NCBI GenBank assembly: GCA_043825775.1
Contig: JBDRRK010000012.1
Coordinates: 129,237 to 193,236, forward strand
Direction: 5' to 3'
DNA length: 64,000 nucleotides
From: an archaeon
GTDB lineage: Archaea > Nanobdellota > Nanobdellia > SCGC-AAA011-G17 > GW2011-AR17
Shown here: positions 10,065 to 20,171 of the stretch, one piece after another
Layout: every line of letters starts with the position of its first letter
Position numbering within the stretch: the first letter of the stretch is position 1
Made by a program: the position numbers and the translations under genes
The notes under the pieces: model-generated
Database searches by the model: none
What the model was told of the DNA's origin: nothing
Seen by the model: the letters and a program-made list of their open reading frames with translations, nothing else

Positions 10065-10123
10065 TATAACACCCCAAATGTTTTGAGAATAAGTCTCATT
10101 TGATATATTTAAACATAAATCAC

Positions 10124-11344
10124 TTATTTATAAACTTTTCGTATGTTTAAGGATGAAACTTTTGAATTTACATATTCATCAGATGTTAGAGCCATTAGTA
10201 GATCTTCTGCGTGAGTATAGTCTCTTTGTTTCATTACATAACTAATGTCTTTTTCATATTTTACTTTTCCCCATTTGTTTTTGAAATTATCTAATCTTTC
10301 TTTATGTTTTTTACTAGGTCCATAATGTTTTATTGTAGGGGATAGTTTTAATTCTTTTACTGCAAACCAGAATAATGCATCTCCTTCCCAATTCCATCCA
10401 GATTCTACAATTTCAAAATTATTTAATCTTAATTGTTTTTCAAGGTATTGGTGACATTTTAATAGCTTTGCTCCAACAACATCTCTTTTCCCATCTAATG
10501 GTTTTATTTCTAGTAGGAATAGTTTTGCATGTTTTTTTTCTAGTTTTTCTAAATTGAATTTGTCTTTTTGAAAGAAATTTATTTTATTTTTTGATTTTAA
10601 GTATTTTTTTGCCATTTCTTTAAATAATAGAAATTTTTCTTGGCTTACTACTGATGTTACATTCCTAGTTTCTTGTACTGGGTCTATTAAAATAATTGGT
10701 GAATCTATTTTGGATTTATTTAATTCTAGAAGTATGTTCTTTTTTTTGTAATGGTTTTCTGTGTCTATAATTACTTTAGGTTTCCATTTTGTTGCTGCTT
10801 TAAGGAGTTTTTCAAAAGATCCATAATGTATTGTTAATATTTCTAAGGAGTATCCTGAAAACCCCTTTATGAATGATTCAGCTCCATAGATTTCATTAGC
10901 TTTTGCAAATGCTTTTGTTAATCTTATTTGATTTGTTTTTTTCTTATGTTTTCTTACCCATGTTATGTGTAATGGGGAGATATCAGTTATGTTGTGTGCA
11001 TCATCTGCTTTTTTTATGTCAATTATAGGTATTACTTCAATATCAAAATTATTATACTTAAACTGAAAGTAATCTCTTGAACCATGTAATAGATTTAATC
11101 CTTTAAATTTTAACTTTCTCTTTAGAATTTCAGATATGTTTAATCCAGCATATTTGTTTTCTTTGAATTTTACATAGATATCAATGTCATGATTGTCTTT
11201 TAAATGGGTTCCTTTTGCTGAACTTCCACCCATTATTACTTTTGTATAGGGTATTTTAATTTTTTTCTTTATTTCATTGAAAGTTTTTTTTAATTCTTTT
11301 TCTTCTTTTTCAGAAGGTTGTATCATTGATAAAATTCTTTTCAT
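10124..11344 (-). CDS. cca: archaeal CCA-adding enzyme
   Basis: GGSSAKGT.L...DIDI, GFSGY..E.L..HYGSF, IDPV..RNV. Confidence 0.94.
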   Translation of the reverse strand: MKRILSMIQPSEKEEKELKKTFNEIKKKIKIPYTKVIMGGSSAKGTHLKDNHDIDIYVKFKENKYAGLNISEILKRKLKFKGLNLLHGSRDYFQFKYNNFDIEVIPIIDIKKADDAHNITDISPLHITWVRKHKKKTNQIRLTKAFAKANEIYGAESFIKGFSGYSLEILTIHYGSFEKLLKAATKWKPKVIIDTENHYKKKNILLELNKSKIDSPIILIDPVQETRNVTSVVSQEKFLLFKEMAKKYLKSKNKINFFQKDKFNLEKLEKKHAKLFLLEIKPLDGKRDVVGAKLLKCHQYLEKQLRLNNFEIVESGWNWEGDALFWFAVKELKLSPTIKHYGPSKKHKERLDNFKNKWGKVKYEKDISYVMKQRDYTHAEDLLMALTSDEYVNSKVSSLNIRKVYK

Positions 11345-11368
11345 TGTTTATTATTAAAGAGGGTAGAA

Positions 11369-12037
11369 TTATAAAAGTTTTGCTTTTAATATCTTAAATA
11401 TACCTGAATCCTTTGTGAATAGGGTTTCTGTTTCTAGGATTTTAATTTTTTTCTTAAAAAATGGAGCATCAATAACTGTTGATTCGTATTCTCCTCCTTC
11501 ACCCATAGGAGATACTTCATATTTTCCTTTTTGTAGTTTTACTAGTTCATTTATTGTTTCTTCATTTATTTCTTTTCCTAGCCAAGATTTATCTAAAGGA
11601 TAGGCTGCTACTGCTGATATTATTATTTTGAATTCTTTTGCTATTTCTCTTACCAATTCTTCTTGGTTTCTGCCCCATAAAGGGTTTATGCATTGAATGT
11701 TTAATCTTTCACATATATTCTTTATTCTTGAAGCTTGATATTCAGAAGCTACTGCTCCTGTTGTTATTCCATTTATTTGATATTTGCCTATTGCTTCTTT
11801 AATTGCTTCTTCTAGTTCTTTTAGTTCCTCTTCTTTTTTTCCTTTTGTTGTTTTTGTAATCAAAGGAAGTTGAATTGCTTCTGCTTGTAGCTTTGTGAAC
11901 TCAATATTTGGAGTATGGTACATAAAACTTTCTTTATTTTCTGAGATAATTGTTATTAAACAAACTATATTGTTCATTTCTTTATACATTGCATAGCAAG
12001 AATCCTTGCCTCCTGTGAATAATGCGGCTAGTTTCAT
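11369..12037 (-). CDS. dph6: diphthine--ammonia ligase (Dph6/DUF71)
   Basis: ALFTGGKDS, GAVASEYQ, PLW, GEGGEYES. Confidence 0.9.
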   Translation of the reverse strand: MKLAALFTGGKDSCYAMYKEMNNIVCLITIISENKESFMYHTPNIEFTKLQAEAIQLPLITKTTKGKKEEELKELEEAIKEAIGKYQINGITTGAVASEYQASRIKNICERLNIQCINPLWGRNQEELVREIAKEFKIIISAVAAYPLDKSWLGKEINEETINELVKLQKGKYEVSPMGEGGEYESTVIDAPFFKKKIKILETETLFTKDSGIFKILKAKLL

Positions 12038-12072
12038 AGAATAAAAGAAAAAATAAGGATATTTAAGTTTAT

Positions 12073-13014
12073 CTAAATCCTTTTTAGGATCATCATTGTT
12101 GTTTTTCCAACTCTTGCATGTATGTTAAAACCTTGAAAGTTTACTTCCAATATTGGATTTGATTCATTTATTATTTTTTGGTTAGCTTCAGCTATTCTTA
12201 AAATAAGATTTTTTAGTTCTTTTTCACTGGTTCTTATGTTTGTGTGTAATTCTCCTAAGTTTCCATAATTTACAACAACAAATTTATCTCCTTCTGTAAA
12301 TATTTCATTAACCTTTTCATCACAAACTAGAATATCAATTTTACCTGCTCCAATTGCATCTCTTTTAAGATAATATTTTATTTTTGGAAGATCATCTACT
12401 GAAATTTTTAACTTTAGTTTTTCTGCTGCTTTGTAAGATATTTGTTGTATAAAATTATTGTCATCAAGAACATTTAGATTAGCACCGATTTTTTCCCCAA
12501 AATGTTTTTCAATATAATTTATTATTTCTTGGTCTATAATAGGTTCAAACTGTTTAAATAAATAATTTTCTTGTTCATCTTTTTCTATTAAAATCCCTAC
12601 TGGATATCCATACAATCTTAAAACATACTCATATTTGTTTTGTTCTTCTTCTTGAAGTGTTGGAAGTTCTGGTAATCTTACTTGAGGCCTCATTGGAATT
12701 TTAGTTTGTATTGGAACTTTAGGTTGTAATTGAGGTTTTGGAGCTAGAGCTTCAAGTTCTTTTAATTTTCTTATTTCTTCTCTTCTCCTCATTTCAAGTA
12801 TTCTTCTTTTTCTTATTGCTGTTCTTGCCTCTTCTTCTCTTCTTATTTTGTTTAATTTTTTATCTAATTCTGTTTGAAAACAAGATTTTAGAAATGTTGC
12901 AAGATGTTCTGTATGTTTATTTGGGTAAGGATCTTTCTTTGTATAAAGATCTATATTCCTTAGAATTTCATTTTCCTCTTTCTTTTGATTATCTAATAAA
13001 AAACGAACAACCAT
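12073..13014 (-). CDS. protein with FlaI/VirB11-type N-terminal domain but no ATPase domain
   Basis: KYYLKRDAIGAGKIDILVCDEKVNEIF...L.TNI...I.E.NPIL matches the N-terminal region of type II/IV secretion ATPases; no Walker A. Confidence 0.6.
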   Translation of the reverse strand: MVVRFLLDNQKKEENEILRNIDLYTKKDPYPNKHTEHLATFLKSCFQTELDKKLNKIRREEEARTAIRKRRILEMRRREEIRKLKELEALAPKPQLQPKVPIQTKIPMRPQVRLPELPTLQEEEQNKYEYVLRLYGYPVGILIEKDEQENYLFKQFEPIIDQEIINYIEKHFGEKIGANLNVLDDNNFIQQISYKAAEKLKLKISVDDLPKIKYYLKRDAIGAGKIDILVCDEKVNEIFTEGDKFVVVNYGNLGELHTNIRTSEKELKNLILRIAEANQKIINESNPILEVNFQGFNIHARVGKTTMMILKRI

Positions 13015-13015
13015 T

Positions 13016-13279
13016 TTAGTGTTCTGGAAGTGATCCAGTTTTTTTCTTTACATAGTCTTCTAAAAGTTTTAAAGCATGAGCTAAGTTTCTATTTTGTTCT
13101 AAAAGTTCATTTATTTTGTTAATCATAGGGTCTTCATATTTTCCTGATTTGATATGTTCTCCTGCGGATCTAAAGATTTCTATTAGTTCTCTTGTTGAAT
13201 CTGTTAGATTTTCAATTTTACTCTGTAGAACTTGATTACTTTGAATTAAAGCATCTATTTTTTTATCACCTGTTGCCAT
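13016..13279 (-). CDS. hypothetical coiled-coil protein
   Basis: 87 aa, heptad pattern, 1 nt from the downstream gene. Confidence 0.65.
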   Translation of the reverse strand: MATGDKKIDALIQSNQVLQSKIENLTDSTRELIEIFRSAGEHIKSGKYEDPMINKINELLEQNRNLAHALKLLEDYVKKKTGSLPEH

Positions 13280-13314
13280 ATAAGTTTATTAGTCAATATA
13301 ATTTATAAATGTTA

Positions 13315-13662
13315 CTATAAATCTATTGCTAGTTCTTCTAATATTTTTTTAACTTTGGCTTCTGGTTCTCCTCTTGGAATGAAACCTTCGTCTGTACAAT
13401 TAATAGCTGGAAATGAGGGTTCATCATCCCCTCCAGTACCATACCAAGAAACGGGTGCATTTGGATCACTTGTATAACTTCTAATATTAGCTCCTTCTCT
13501 ATCTAAAAATACTCTTACTCCTTTAAATTCACCAATATAAACACCATGTCTATCTTCACCTAAACTAAATAAATTTCCCCCATGTGTACCCAAATAGTAT
13601 TTTTTTCCTACTTCAAGATCTTCCCATCTCCAAGTTCCATTTTTTTGTTCTTTAACTGGCAT
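13315..13662 (-). CDS. hypothetical protein
   Basis: 115 aa ORF starting 1 nt after the thermosome stop. Confidence 0.55.
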   Translation of the reverse strand: MPVKEQKNGTWRWEDLEVGKKYYLGTHGGNLFSLGEDRHGVYIGEFKGVRVFLDREGANIRSYTSDPNAPVSWYGTGGDDEPSFPAINCTDEGFIPRGEPEAKVKKILEELAIDL

Positions 13663-13663
13663 T

Positions 13664-15271
13664 TTACATCATTCCGGGCATTCCTTGAGGCATTTGGTGT
13701 TCTTTTGAACCAGAGCCTCCTGCAATTACATCATCAATTCTTAGAATTAATTCAGTTACTTCTGTTGCTGATTTTACTGCTTGTGTTTTTATTTTTAGAG
13801 GTTCAATAACTCCTCTTTCCCAAGCATCTGTTACTTTACCTGTAAACACATCTAATCCAGCCCACTTTTCACCTGCATCATGTCTTGATTTTAATTCTGT
13901 TAACATATCAATTGGATCTAGTCCTGCATTTTCTGCAAGAGTTCTAGGAACTACTTCAATTGAATCTGCAAATTTCAAAACAGCTAATTGTTCTCTTCCT
14001 GATAATGAGGTTGCAAATATTCTAATTTGACGTGCAAGTTCTATTTCAATTGAACCTGCTCCGGCAACAACCTTTCCAACTTTAACTGCAGCAGTTACAT
14101 CACCTAGAGCATCTTTTACAGCTCTTTCTACTTCATCTATAACATGTTCTGTTCCACCCCTGATGAATAGAGTAACTGCTTTTGGATTCACACATTCCTT
14201 GATGTAGGTCATCTTTTCATCTCCAACTTTCTTTTCTTCAACAATTCCAGCTGAACCAAGGTCTTCTTGAGTTAGTTCTGAGATTTTTGTTACTGTTTTT
14301 GCTCCAGTTGCCCTTGCAAGATTATCAATATCTGATTTTTTAACTCTTCTACATGCATAGATTCCATTTTTAGCTAGGTAGTATTGTGCGATGTCATCAA
14401 TTCCTTTTTGGCAAAAGACTACGTTTGCTCCAGCTTGTATTACCTTATCAACCATTCCTTTTAGAAGTCTTTCTTCTTGGTCTACAAATGCTTGTAATTG
14501 GTTTGGATCTGTTATTTGTATTTTTGCATCTGTTTCTGGACTCTTTACTTCTAGTGCTCCATCTAATAATGCTACTTTACAATTTGTTAATTTTGTTGGC
14601 ATTGAATTTGAAACTCGTTCTTTATCTAGGATTATTCCCTTGATTAATTCTGAGTCTTCTGTTCCTCCACCAATTTTCTTTTCTAGTTTGATATAATCAA
14701 GATTTATTTCATTATTTTCTGCAACTTGTTCAATTGCGTTAAGTATTAGTTCTGCAAGAACTTCTTTTGAACCTTCTGCACCCTTGCCAGTCATTGCAGT
14801 TATTGCTATTTTTTTTAATATATCTCTGTCTTGCATTGAAACATTTTCTGCAAGTTGTTTTAGAATCTCTTGAGATTTGTCTCCAGCCATTTTATAGCCT
14901 TTTGCTACCACAGTTGGATGTATATTTTGGTCTAATAGATCTTCTGCATTTTTTAGAAGTTCTCCTGCAAAGATTACTGCAGTTGTTGTTCCATCTCCAA
15001 CTTGATCTTCTTGAGTTTTTGCAATTTCTACAATCATCTTAGCTGCTGGATGTTCAATTTGCATTTCATTTAATATTGTAACTCCATCATTTGTAACTAT
15101 TACATCACCTAGTGAATCTACGATCATTTTATCCATTCCTTTTGGACCTAGAGTGGTTCTAACTGTTTCTGCTACTAATCTTCCAGCTAGAATATTATTT
15201 CTTTGTGCATCCTTGCCTAGCATTCTTTTTGTATCTTCTGGTAAAATATAAATTGGTTGTTGATTGCTCAT
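13664..15271 (-). CDS. thsA: thermosome (group II chaperonin) subunit
   Basis: [25 protein letters not shown]-terminal GMPGMM. Confidence 0.97.
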   Translation of the reverse strand: MSNQQPIYILPEDTKRMLGKDAQRNNILAGRLVAETVRTTLGPKGMDKMIVDSLGDVIVTNDGVTILNEMQIEHPAAKMIVEIAKTQEDQVGDGTTTAVIFAGELLKNAEDLLDQNIHPTVVAKGYKMAGDKSQEILKQLAENVSMQDRDILKKIAITAMTGKGAEGSKEVLAELILNAIEQVAENNEINLDYIKLEKKIGGGTEDSELIKGIILDKERVSNSMPTKLTNCKVALLDGALEVKSPETDAKIQITDPNQLQAFVDQEERLLKGMVDKVIQAGANVVFCQKGIDDIAQYYLAKNGIYACRRVKKSDIDNLARATGAKTVTKISELTQEDLGSAGIVEEKKVGDEKMTYIKECVNPKAVTLFIRGGTEHVIDEVERAVKDALGDVTAAVKVGKVVAGAGSIEIELARQIRIFATSLSGREQLAVLKFADSIEVVPRTLAENAGLDPIDMLTELKSRHDAGEKWAGLDVFTGKVTDAWERGVIEPLKIKTQAVKSATEVTELILRIDDVIAGGSGSKEHQMPQGMPGMM

Positions 15272-15272
15272 T

Positions 15273-15596
15273 TTATTGTTCTCCTAAAACTTCATATTCT
15301 ATTAAAATATTATCTTCTCCACTCATAATATTAGTGTATGTATCTTCAGTTAGTCTAACTGGCACTTCTATTTGTTCTGTAGCTCTTTCTAAATTGGATA
15401 GAACAAATCTTGTATTTCCTTGATATTTAAGTTCAGCAGTAGCAGGTTGACGATATCCTTCTTTAGAAAATACTAATCTTTCAATAGTTTCATTATCTAT
15501 TGCTAGGTTCCTTAATCCTACAACACCAATCAAAAATCTTAAATTTCCATCTCTATTAATAGAGGCTCTCATTCTATCAATACATAGTTTTTTCAT
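15273..15596 (-). CDS. hypothetical protein
   Basis: Start moved to ATG 15596 downstream of TTTATATA; ends 1 nt before the thermosome start. Confidence 0.55.
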   Translation of the reverse strand: MKKLCIDRMRASINRDGNLRFLIGVVGLRNLAIDNETIERLVFSKEGYRQPATAELKYQGNTRFVLSNLERATEQIEVPVRLTEDTYTNIMSGEDNILIEYEVLGEQ

Positions 15597-15649
15597 CTTA
15601 ATCCTCTTTTTAAATAGGTATATATAAAGATTTCGTATCAATAGTCAAA

Positions 15650-15967
15650 TCATTCGGTATAAGAATTGCCATTCCCAAAATCATGGTGAGTATAAGGATA
15701 TCTTTGTGATTGTCTTCTATCCATTTCCTGTAAACTTCGTAATCTTTCTCTACTTCTTCTTTTCATATAACACAAAAGAACTTGAGTCTCATCACCAACA
15801 ATCTCTATTTGTCCATCAGCGATTTTAGCATGTTCACAGACTCTTTCTAACAAAGTAGGGCATTTACTACAATTATCAACAAGTTTTTCAATAAAATCTA
15901 ATTCTTTTGTATCTATAACTCGAAAAATCAAATATTTATATATAAACTTTTCTAAAAATAGAAACAT
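15650..15967 (-). CDS. hypothetical Cys-containing protein (start uncertain)
   Basis: C..C...C...C; a TATA-like element lies inside the annotated 5' end, so the true start is unclear. Confidence 0.35.
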   Translation of the reverse strand: MFLFLEKFIYKYLIFRVIDTKELDFIEKLVDNCSKCPTLLERVCEHAKIADGQIEIVGDETQVLLCYMKRRSRERLRSLQEMDRRQSQRYPYTHHDFGNGNSYTE

Positions 15968-16016
15968 TTAAAAATAATCTTGGTCACCCCAAATGAAAAC
16001 ATCTGGAGGATTTACA

Positions 16017-16130
16017 ATGGAAGAAATTTTAGATGAAACATACACACTTGATGAAGATGAGGATTTTACAGAGGAAGATGATTATGATGATAATGATGAC
16101 GACTCAGACTTCGATGATGATGAAGATTAG
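16017..16130 (+). CDS. hyper-acidic microprotein (37 aa)
   Basis: GGAGGA SD, MEEILDETYTLDEDEDFTEEDDYDDNDDDSDFDDDED, followed by a T-tract; in-frame alternative ATG at 15993. Confidence 0.65.
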   Translation: MEEILDETYTLDEDEDFTEEDDYDDNDDDSDFDDDED

Positions 16131-16134
16131 TTTT

Positions 16135-16656
16135 TTATTTTAATTTTTTAATTTCAGTTCTTTCAGAGATAATTGCAGAATTTCCACTTGGATCTTCAAT
16201 TATTATTTTTAATGGCATTTCTCCCCATTTAACTTTTCTTAATTTTTTAAGAAGATTTTTAGCTTTTTTTCTTATTTCTTCTTCATCTGCATTATCTCTT
16301 TCTGATTCTATTATTCCTTGAAATTTATCTAGAAGTCCTTCAATATTTGATATGTAACCTATAGACGCTGGACCTGGACGTACATCCATTTTTAATCCTG
16401 GAATTTTTACTGCAGCTTCTGAACTCTTTACAACTCTTATTTTTAGGTCTTCTTCTTTTTCTATTGTGAATGTAATTTTTACTGGATCTTTTCTTTCTGC
16501 TGCTTCAATATCTGATTTGTTAAAATGGCATTCTGAACATTCCATTGAGAATACAAATGTTTTACCAAAATGAGGAACATCTACTTCTTCTTCTCTAAGA
16601 GTAAGTGTTTTCTTGTTACAAAATGGACAAATTTCTCCTTTTATTTCGTCAACCAT
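16135..16656 (-). CDS. ZPR1 zinc-finger protein
   Basis: CPFC...PHFG...C..C, EGLL, IIEDPSGNSAI. Confidence 0.93.
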   Translation of the reverse strand: MVDEIKGEICPFCNKKTLTLREEEVDVPHFGKTFVFSMECSECHFNKSDIEAAERKDPVKITFTIEKEEDLKIRVVKSSEAAVKIPGLKMDVRPGPASIGYISNIEGLLDKFQGIIESERDNADEEEIRKKAKNLLKKLRKVKWGEMPLKIIIEDPSGNSAIISERTEIKKLK

Positions 16657-16694
16657 AGGAGAATAAAAAAGAAAGGAGTTTAAAAGTTTTACTC

Positions 16695-17090
16695 TTAAAC
16701 TATTGCACTACCTAAATTTCTATCAACAACTGCAAAACTGGGGGTTACAACAATCCAATCTTCACCAAATCCAGCTATATCTCCATCAACTGCATCGCAA
16801 GTCTTTTTTAATTTGTTTACAACTCTTTTTAGTTCTATTAAATCCTTGCTTTTTAACGGTCCAATGTTGATTAAAGCAACTGTATAACCCTCCCTTAGGG
16901 AATCTAGAATTGGCTTTACATCAGCAAAATCTGTTACTGTAAAAGGTTTAATTAGGACTTTTGATTTTTTTTGAGGAAGATTATCAGTGTCTATTTCTAA
17001 GTAATCCTCTCCATATTCGTCAGGTAAATCGTTTTCATCGTCTGACCCAGAACGAAGAATCTTGTCTTTTAGCTTTCCAAACATACTCAT
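16695..17090 (-). CDS. sepF: archaeal cell division protein SepF
   Basis: N-terminal amphipathic helix, LREG...LINI..L, GDIAG.G...IVVTP. Confidence 0.88.
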   Translation of the reverse strand: MSMFGKLKDKILRSGSDDENDLPDEYGEDYLEIDTDNLPQKKSKVLIKPFTVTDFADVKPILDSLREGYTVALINIGPLKSKDLIELKRVVNKLKKTCDAVDGDIAGFGEDWIVVTPSFAVVDRNLGSAIV

Positions 17091-17150
17091 TTTTTAGCTC
17101 CTCCCATAATTTATTATAATATCTTAGTTTTCTATATAAATATTTCTATT

Positions 17151-17384
17151 TTACAAGCTTTCTAATTGGCTTACTACATTCCAGATCTGAGGCCTTACAT
17201 AAGAAGGAATATTTGGATCTTCAGCAATGTCATCTAGTTCTTGTAGTGCTTTATTTGCTTTAAAGCAGTCTTCCTTTCCTTCTTCTTTTAGGGCTTCTAC
17301 TGCATTTTGTAGTTTAGATCTAACATTCTTTGGAATTGAAGTGTCTTCAAGTATTTCACATAATTCATCAATTAGATCTTTCAT
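17151..17384 (-). CDS. UPF0147 family protein
   Basis: DTSIPKNVR...LDDIAEDPNIPSY.R.QIWNVVSQLES. Confidence 0.93.
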   Translation of the reverse strand: MKDLIDELCEILEDTSIPKNVRSKLQNAVEALKEEGKEDCFKANKALQELDDIAEDPNIPSYVRPQIWNVVSQLESL

Positions 17385-17728
17385 TATTTTTGCTCCTTTT
17401 TTTCTATTTCAGTCATTACTTCTTTTTGTAATTTTTCTGCTTTTTCTTTAAGATTATTTTCTTGTTTTTTTAATGAACTTAATCTTAGATCAAGAACTTC
17501 TTTTCTTTCATTTAAATCCTTTTCTAAGTTTTCTTTTGTAGAATCAATCATGATTGTTCCAACAATTTTATAGACTTTATCTTTTGCATTAGACAATTCT
17601 TTTAATGCATTTTCTACTTCTAATGATTGTGATTGAAATGTTTGTTTTTGTACTAGAATGGAGTGCATGTTTTGCTCGAATAGTTGTAATTGTCTAATCT
17701 TTTCTTCTGTCTCTGGATTCATTTCCAT
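17384..17728 (-). CDS. pfdB: prefoldin subunit beta
   Basis: Coiled coils flanking the VYKIVGTIMI hairpin; synteny. Confidence 0.93.
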   Translation of the reverse strand: MEMNPETEEKIRQLQLFEQNMHSILVQKQTFQSQSLEVENALKELSNAKDKVYKIVGTIMIDSTKENLEKDLNERKEVLDLRLSSLKKQENNLKEKAEKLQKEVMTEIEKKEQK

Positions 17729-17730
17729 GT

Positions 17731-17868
17731 TTATACCGCCTTAACTTTAGAATGAACTGTTCTAGTTTTATATAGAATTTTACTACCACAATAAGGACAT
17801 CTTATTTTTTTTCTTACAAGATCAATTTTAATTTCTTTTCCACATCCGAAGCATTTGTATACAACCAT
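17731..17868 (-). CDS. rpoP: RNA polymerase subunit P (Rpo12)
   Basis: Manual translation MVVYKCFGCGKE...IRCPYCGSKILYK.R...VKAV (45 aa), directly after L37ae. Confidence 0.93.
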   Translation of the reverse strand: MVVYKCFGCGKEIKIDLVRKKIRCPYCGSKILYKTRTVHSKVKAV

Positions 17869-18084
17869 TTATTCTCCTACCTTGTAAGCTTTACCTGTAA
17901 ATTTTGAATCACACTTAGTACATTGCCAGATTCCAGGTGATAATCTTTTTGCAGTTAATCTGTTACAATAAGGACATTTATGCTTTCCTCTTTGTACTTT
18001 TTCCACAGCAACTACTTTAGCTCTTAATTTCCTTCCGTATCTAGCTCCATATCTTCCTGAAGAACCAACTTTTTTTGTTGCCAT
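17869..18084 (-). CDS. rpl37ae: 50S ribosomal protein L37ae
   Basis: GRYGARYG..LR, CPYC, GIWQC.KC...F.G.AY. Confidence 0.96.
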   Translation of the reverse strand: MATKKVGSSGRYGARYGRKLRAKVVAVEKVQRGKHKCPYCNRLTAKRLSPGIWQCTKCDSKFTGKAYKVGE

Positions 18085-18126
18085 TTTGTAAAGTGAGATT
18101 TTAGTCTGTTTATAAATGTTTTGGTA

Positions 18127-18199
18127 TGGGGCTACCCGGATTTGAACCGAGATCTACAGGTCCCAAACCTGTGATGCTACCAAGTTACACCATAACCCC
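18127..18199 (-). tRNA. tRNA-Pro(TGG), CCA not encoded
   Basis: GGGGTTA/TAGCCCC acceptor stem, ACAGG-TTTGGGA-CCTGT anticodon arm, GGTTCAAATCC T-arm. Confidence 0.95.
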
Positions 18200-18238
18200 A
18201 TAGGTTTTTAGAAATTTTGCGTGTTTATAAATTTATTG

Positions 18239-18724
18239 TTAGAGAAGGTATACTATATTTATTCTTATTTCTCTTAATCTATTTCTTATAAAATCTGCTG
18301 GATTTTGTTCTGGTAAATAATCAATATGTGAATCACCTCTAACTTTAAATTGACTTTTTTTATTTGTTATTAATTCAAAACTAACTTCTGCTAATTGTTC
18401 AAGGACTTCTTTTTCTATTCCTAATCTCTTTAATTCTGAATCATATGCAAGTTTAAATGCTTTTTTTAATAGAATTGAGTTTAATCCAACTCTTCTTAGA
18501 TTTGTAACTAATCCAAGATTTCTCTTTATATCATCAGAAGTAAAGAGAAAATTAAATTTTTTATCTCTTCTTAAACTGCTAATTAATTCAGATCTATATT
18601 GAGGACCTTGAGCTGAAATAAATTCTTTCATTGCTAGTGCAATAGAATAGCCTTGATGGTATGCATTTTGAGTTTGGTAATCTAATCCTGATTCAGCTAT
18701 ATAATCTAAGAATGTTTTTGACAT
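18239..18724 (-). CDS. hypothetical protein
   Basis: 161 aa ORF between rpl11 and tRNA-Pro. Confidence 0.55.
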   Translation of the reverse strand: MSKTFLDYIAESGLDYQTQNAYHQGYSIALAMKEFISAQGPQYRSELISSLRRDKKFNFLFTSDDIKRNLGLVTNLRRVGLNSILLKKAFKLAYDSELKRLGIEKEVLEQLAEVSFELITNKKSQFKVRGDSHIDYLPEQNPADFIRNRLREIRINIVYLL

Positions 18725-18756
18725 AAAATAAGTTTTTAATTAAGAACTTAAAAAGT

Positions 18757-19422
18757 TTACTTCTTTTTAGCTGCAGGAGCTGCTACTGCTTTTCCTGCCT
18801 TTGCTTCTTTTTGAGCTTCTTTATCTTCTTTAGCTTTCTTTGCTTGTGATATTTTTTCTAATTCACCAGCAAAACTCTTTTTTACTTTTGATAACTGCTC
18901 TTCAAGGACTTTCTTTTTTGCTTCTGGGATGTTTGTTGCTTCTGCTTGTATTTCTTTGTCAAATTTTCCAGCTTTGATATCTTTAATTGCTTCTTTACCT
19001 GTTTTTCCTTCGACTAGAATACCCATTGAATTACAACTTCCACAAACTGTGTTCACTCCTGATTTTAATTCATTGATAAAAAATGCATCTTGTTTCATTT
19101 TTGCAATTTTAATTACTTGCTCTATTGCAAGGTTAGCTTGAAAATCTTTATTAGGCATACCTGCTGCAGATTTTAAGTTTAATTCTTTTTTGATTAATTG
19201 TGATGTTGGTGGTGTACCAATTTCAATTTCAAATTCTTTTGTCTCAGTGTTAACAATAACTTTAACTGGCACCTTCATTCCTTTGAAAGCTTCTGTCTTT
19301 TTGTTGATTTCAGCAACTACTTGACCTATATTTACTTTTAATGGGCCTAAGGCTGGTCCTAATGGTGGAGCTGCACTTGCTTTGCCACCTTCAACTAAAG
19401 TTTCAATGCTTTCTTTTGCCAT
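18757..19422 (-). CDS. rpl11: 50S ribosomal protein L11 with C-terminal extension
   Basis: GGKASAAPPLGPALGP, GMKVPVKV, G.PP.S.LIKK. Confidence 0.96.
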   Translation of the reverse strand: MAKESIETLVEGGKASAAPPLGPALGPLKVNIGQVVAEINKKTEAFKGMKVPVKVIVNTETKEFEIEIGTPPTSQLIKKELNLKSAAGMPNKDFQANLAIEQVIKIAKMKQDAFFINELKSGVNTVCGSCNSMGILVEGKTGKEAIKDIKAGKFDKEIQAEATNIPEAKKKVLEEQLSKVKKSFAGELEKISQAKKAKEDKEAQKEAKAGKAVAAPAAKKK

Positions 19423-19454
19423 TTTCGTTTTGAATTATAAGTTGTTTATAAGTT

Positions 19455-19937
19455 TTACTCTTCTATTGTGTCTTCTTCTTCATTCTCTCTTCTAATTACT
19501 TTAACAGAATCCATCTTTAAAGTTAGAGGAATTGGAACTGCTGTTTCTAAAAGTTCTACTATCACTTCTTCTTTTTGTTGGTCTATTCTTGTAATTTTTG
19601 CTTTTTCTCTTTTGAATGGACCAGAAATAATTTCAACAATATCATTTCTTTGAATATTCATTTGGATTTTAACTTGTTCAAGCATTGGTTCTATTTCTTT
19701 ATATTCAACTTCTTTTCCAAGTAAGCCTTTTGCATAAGGTATTCCATAATAAGATTCTTCTGCGGTTTGTCTATCTTTTGCTTCTAAAAAAATATAACCT
19801 CTCATTCCATGAGGCCTAATAATTGAATATACTTCTAATTTCTTTTTTTCAATGTTTGAACTTAAGAAGTCAACAACTTGGTCTTCCCTATTAGCTGTTG
19901 TTCTTAGTGCAAATATTTTGTTTTGTAATTCTTCCAT
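19455..19937 (-). CDS. spt5: transcription elongation factor Spt5
   Basis: NGN domain (GYIFLEA) plus KOW (VEIISGPFK). Confidence 0.96.
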   Translation of the reverse strand: MEELQNKIFALRTTANREDQVVDFLSSNIEKKKLEVYSIIRPHGMRGYIFLEAKDRQTAEESYYGIPYAKGLLGKEVEYKEIEPMLEQVKIQMNIQRNDIVEIISGPFKREKAKITRIDQQKEEVIVELLETAVPIPLTLKMDSVKVIRRENEEEDTIEE

Positions 19938-19939
19938 TT

Positions 19940-20128
19940 TTAAATTCCTGCAAGGATTGCAAGTGTTGAAATTATGAATCCTATGATTCCTATTAACAGC
20001 ATTCCTAAAGCTGTTACCTTTACAATTGCTTTGAATTCAGGCATTGTTGGTTTTTTAGTTACCTTTAATACCCTTCTACATTCAATGCTGAAACTTTTCA
20101 ATTTAACCCAGTAGTCTTTAAGTGCCAT
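19940..20128 (-). CDS. secE: protein translocase SecE (Sec61 gamma)
   Basis: RVLKVTKKPT..EF....KVT.LG...IG.IGF. Confidence 0.95.
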   Translation of the reverse strand: MALKDYWVKLKSFSIECRRVLKVTKKPTMPEFKAIVKVTALGMLLIGIIGFIISTLAILAGI

Positions 20129-20171
20129 AGATATTGAAATTAGAAAAAATAAGGATTTATAAAGGTTTGGG

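Noticed and set aside
18127..18199. tRNA-Pro as integration site for the element
   Set aside because: It is 13 kb from the integrases, and I saw no duplicate of its 3' end in the window
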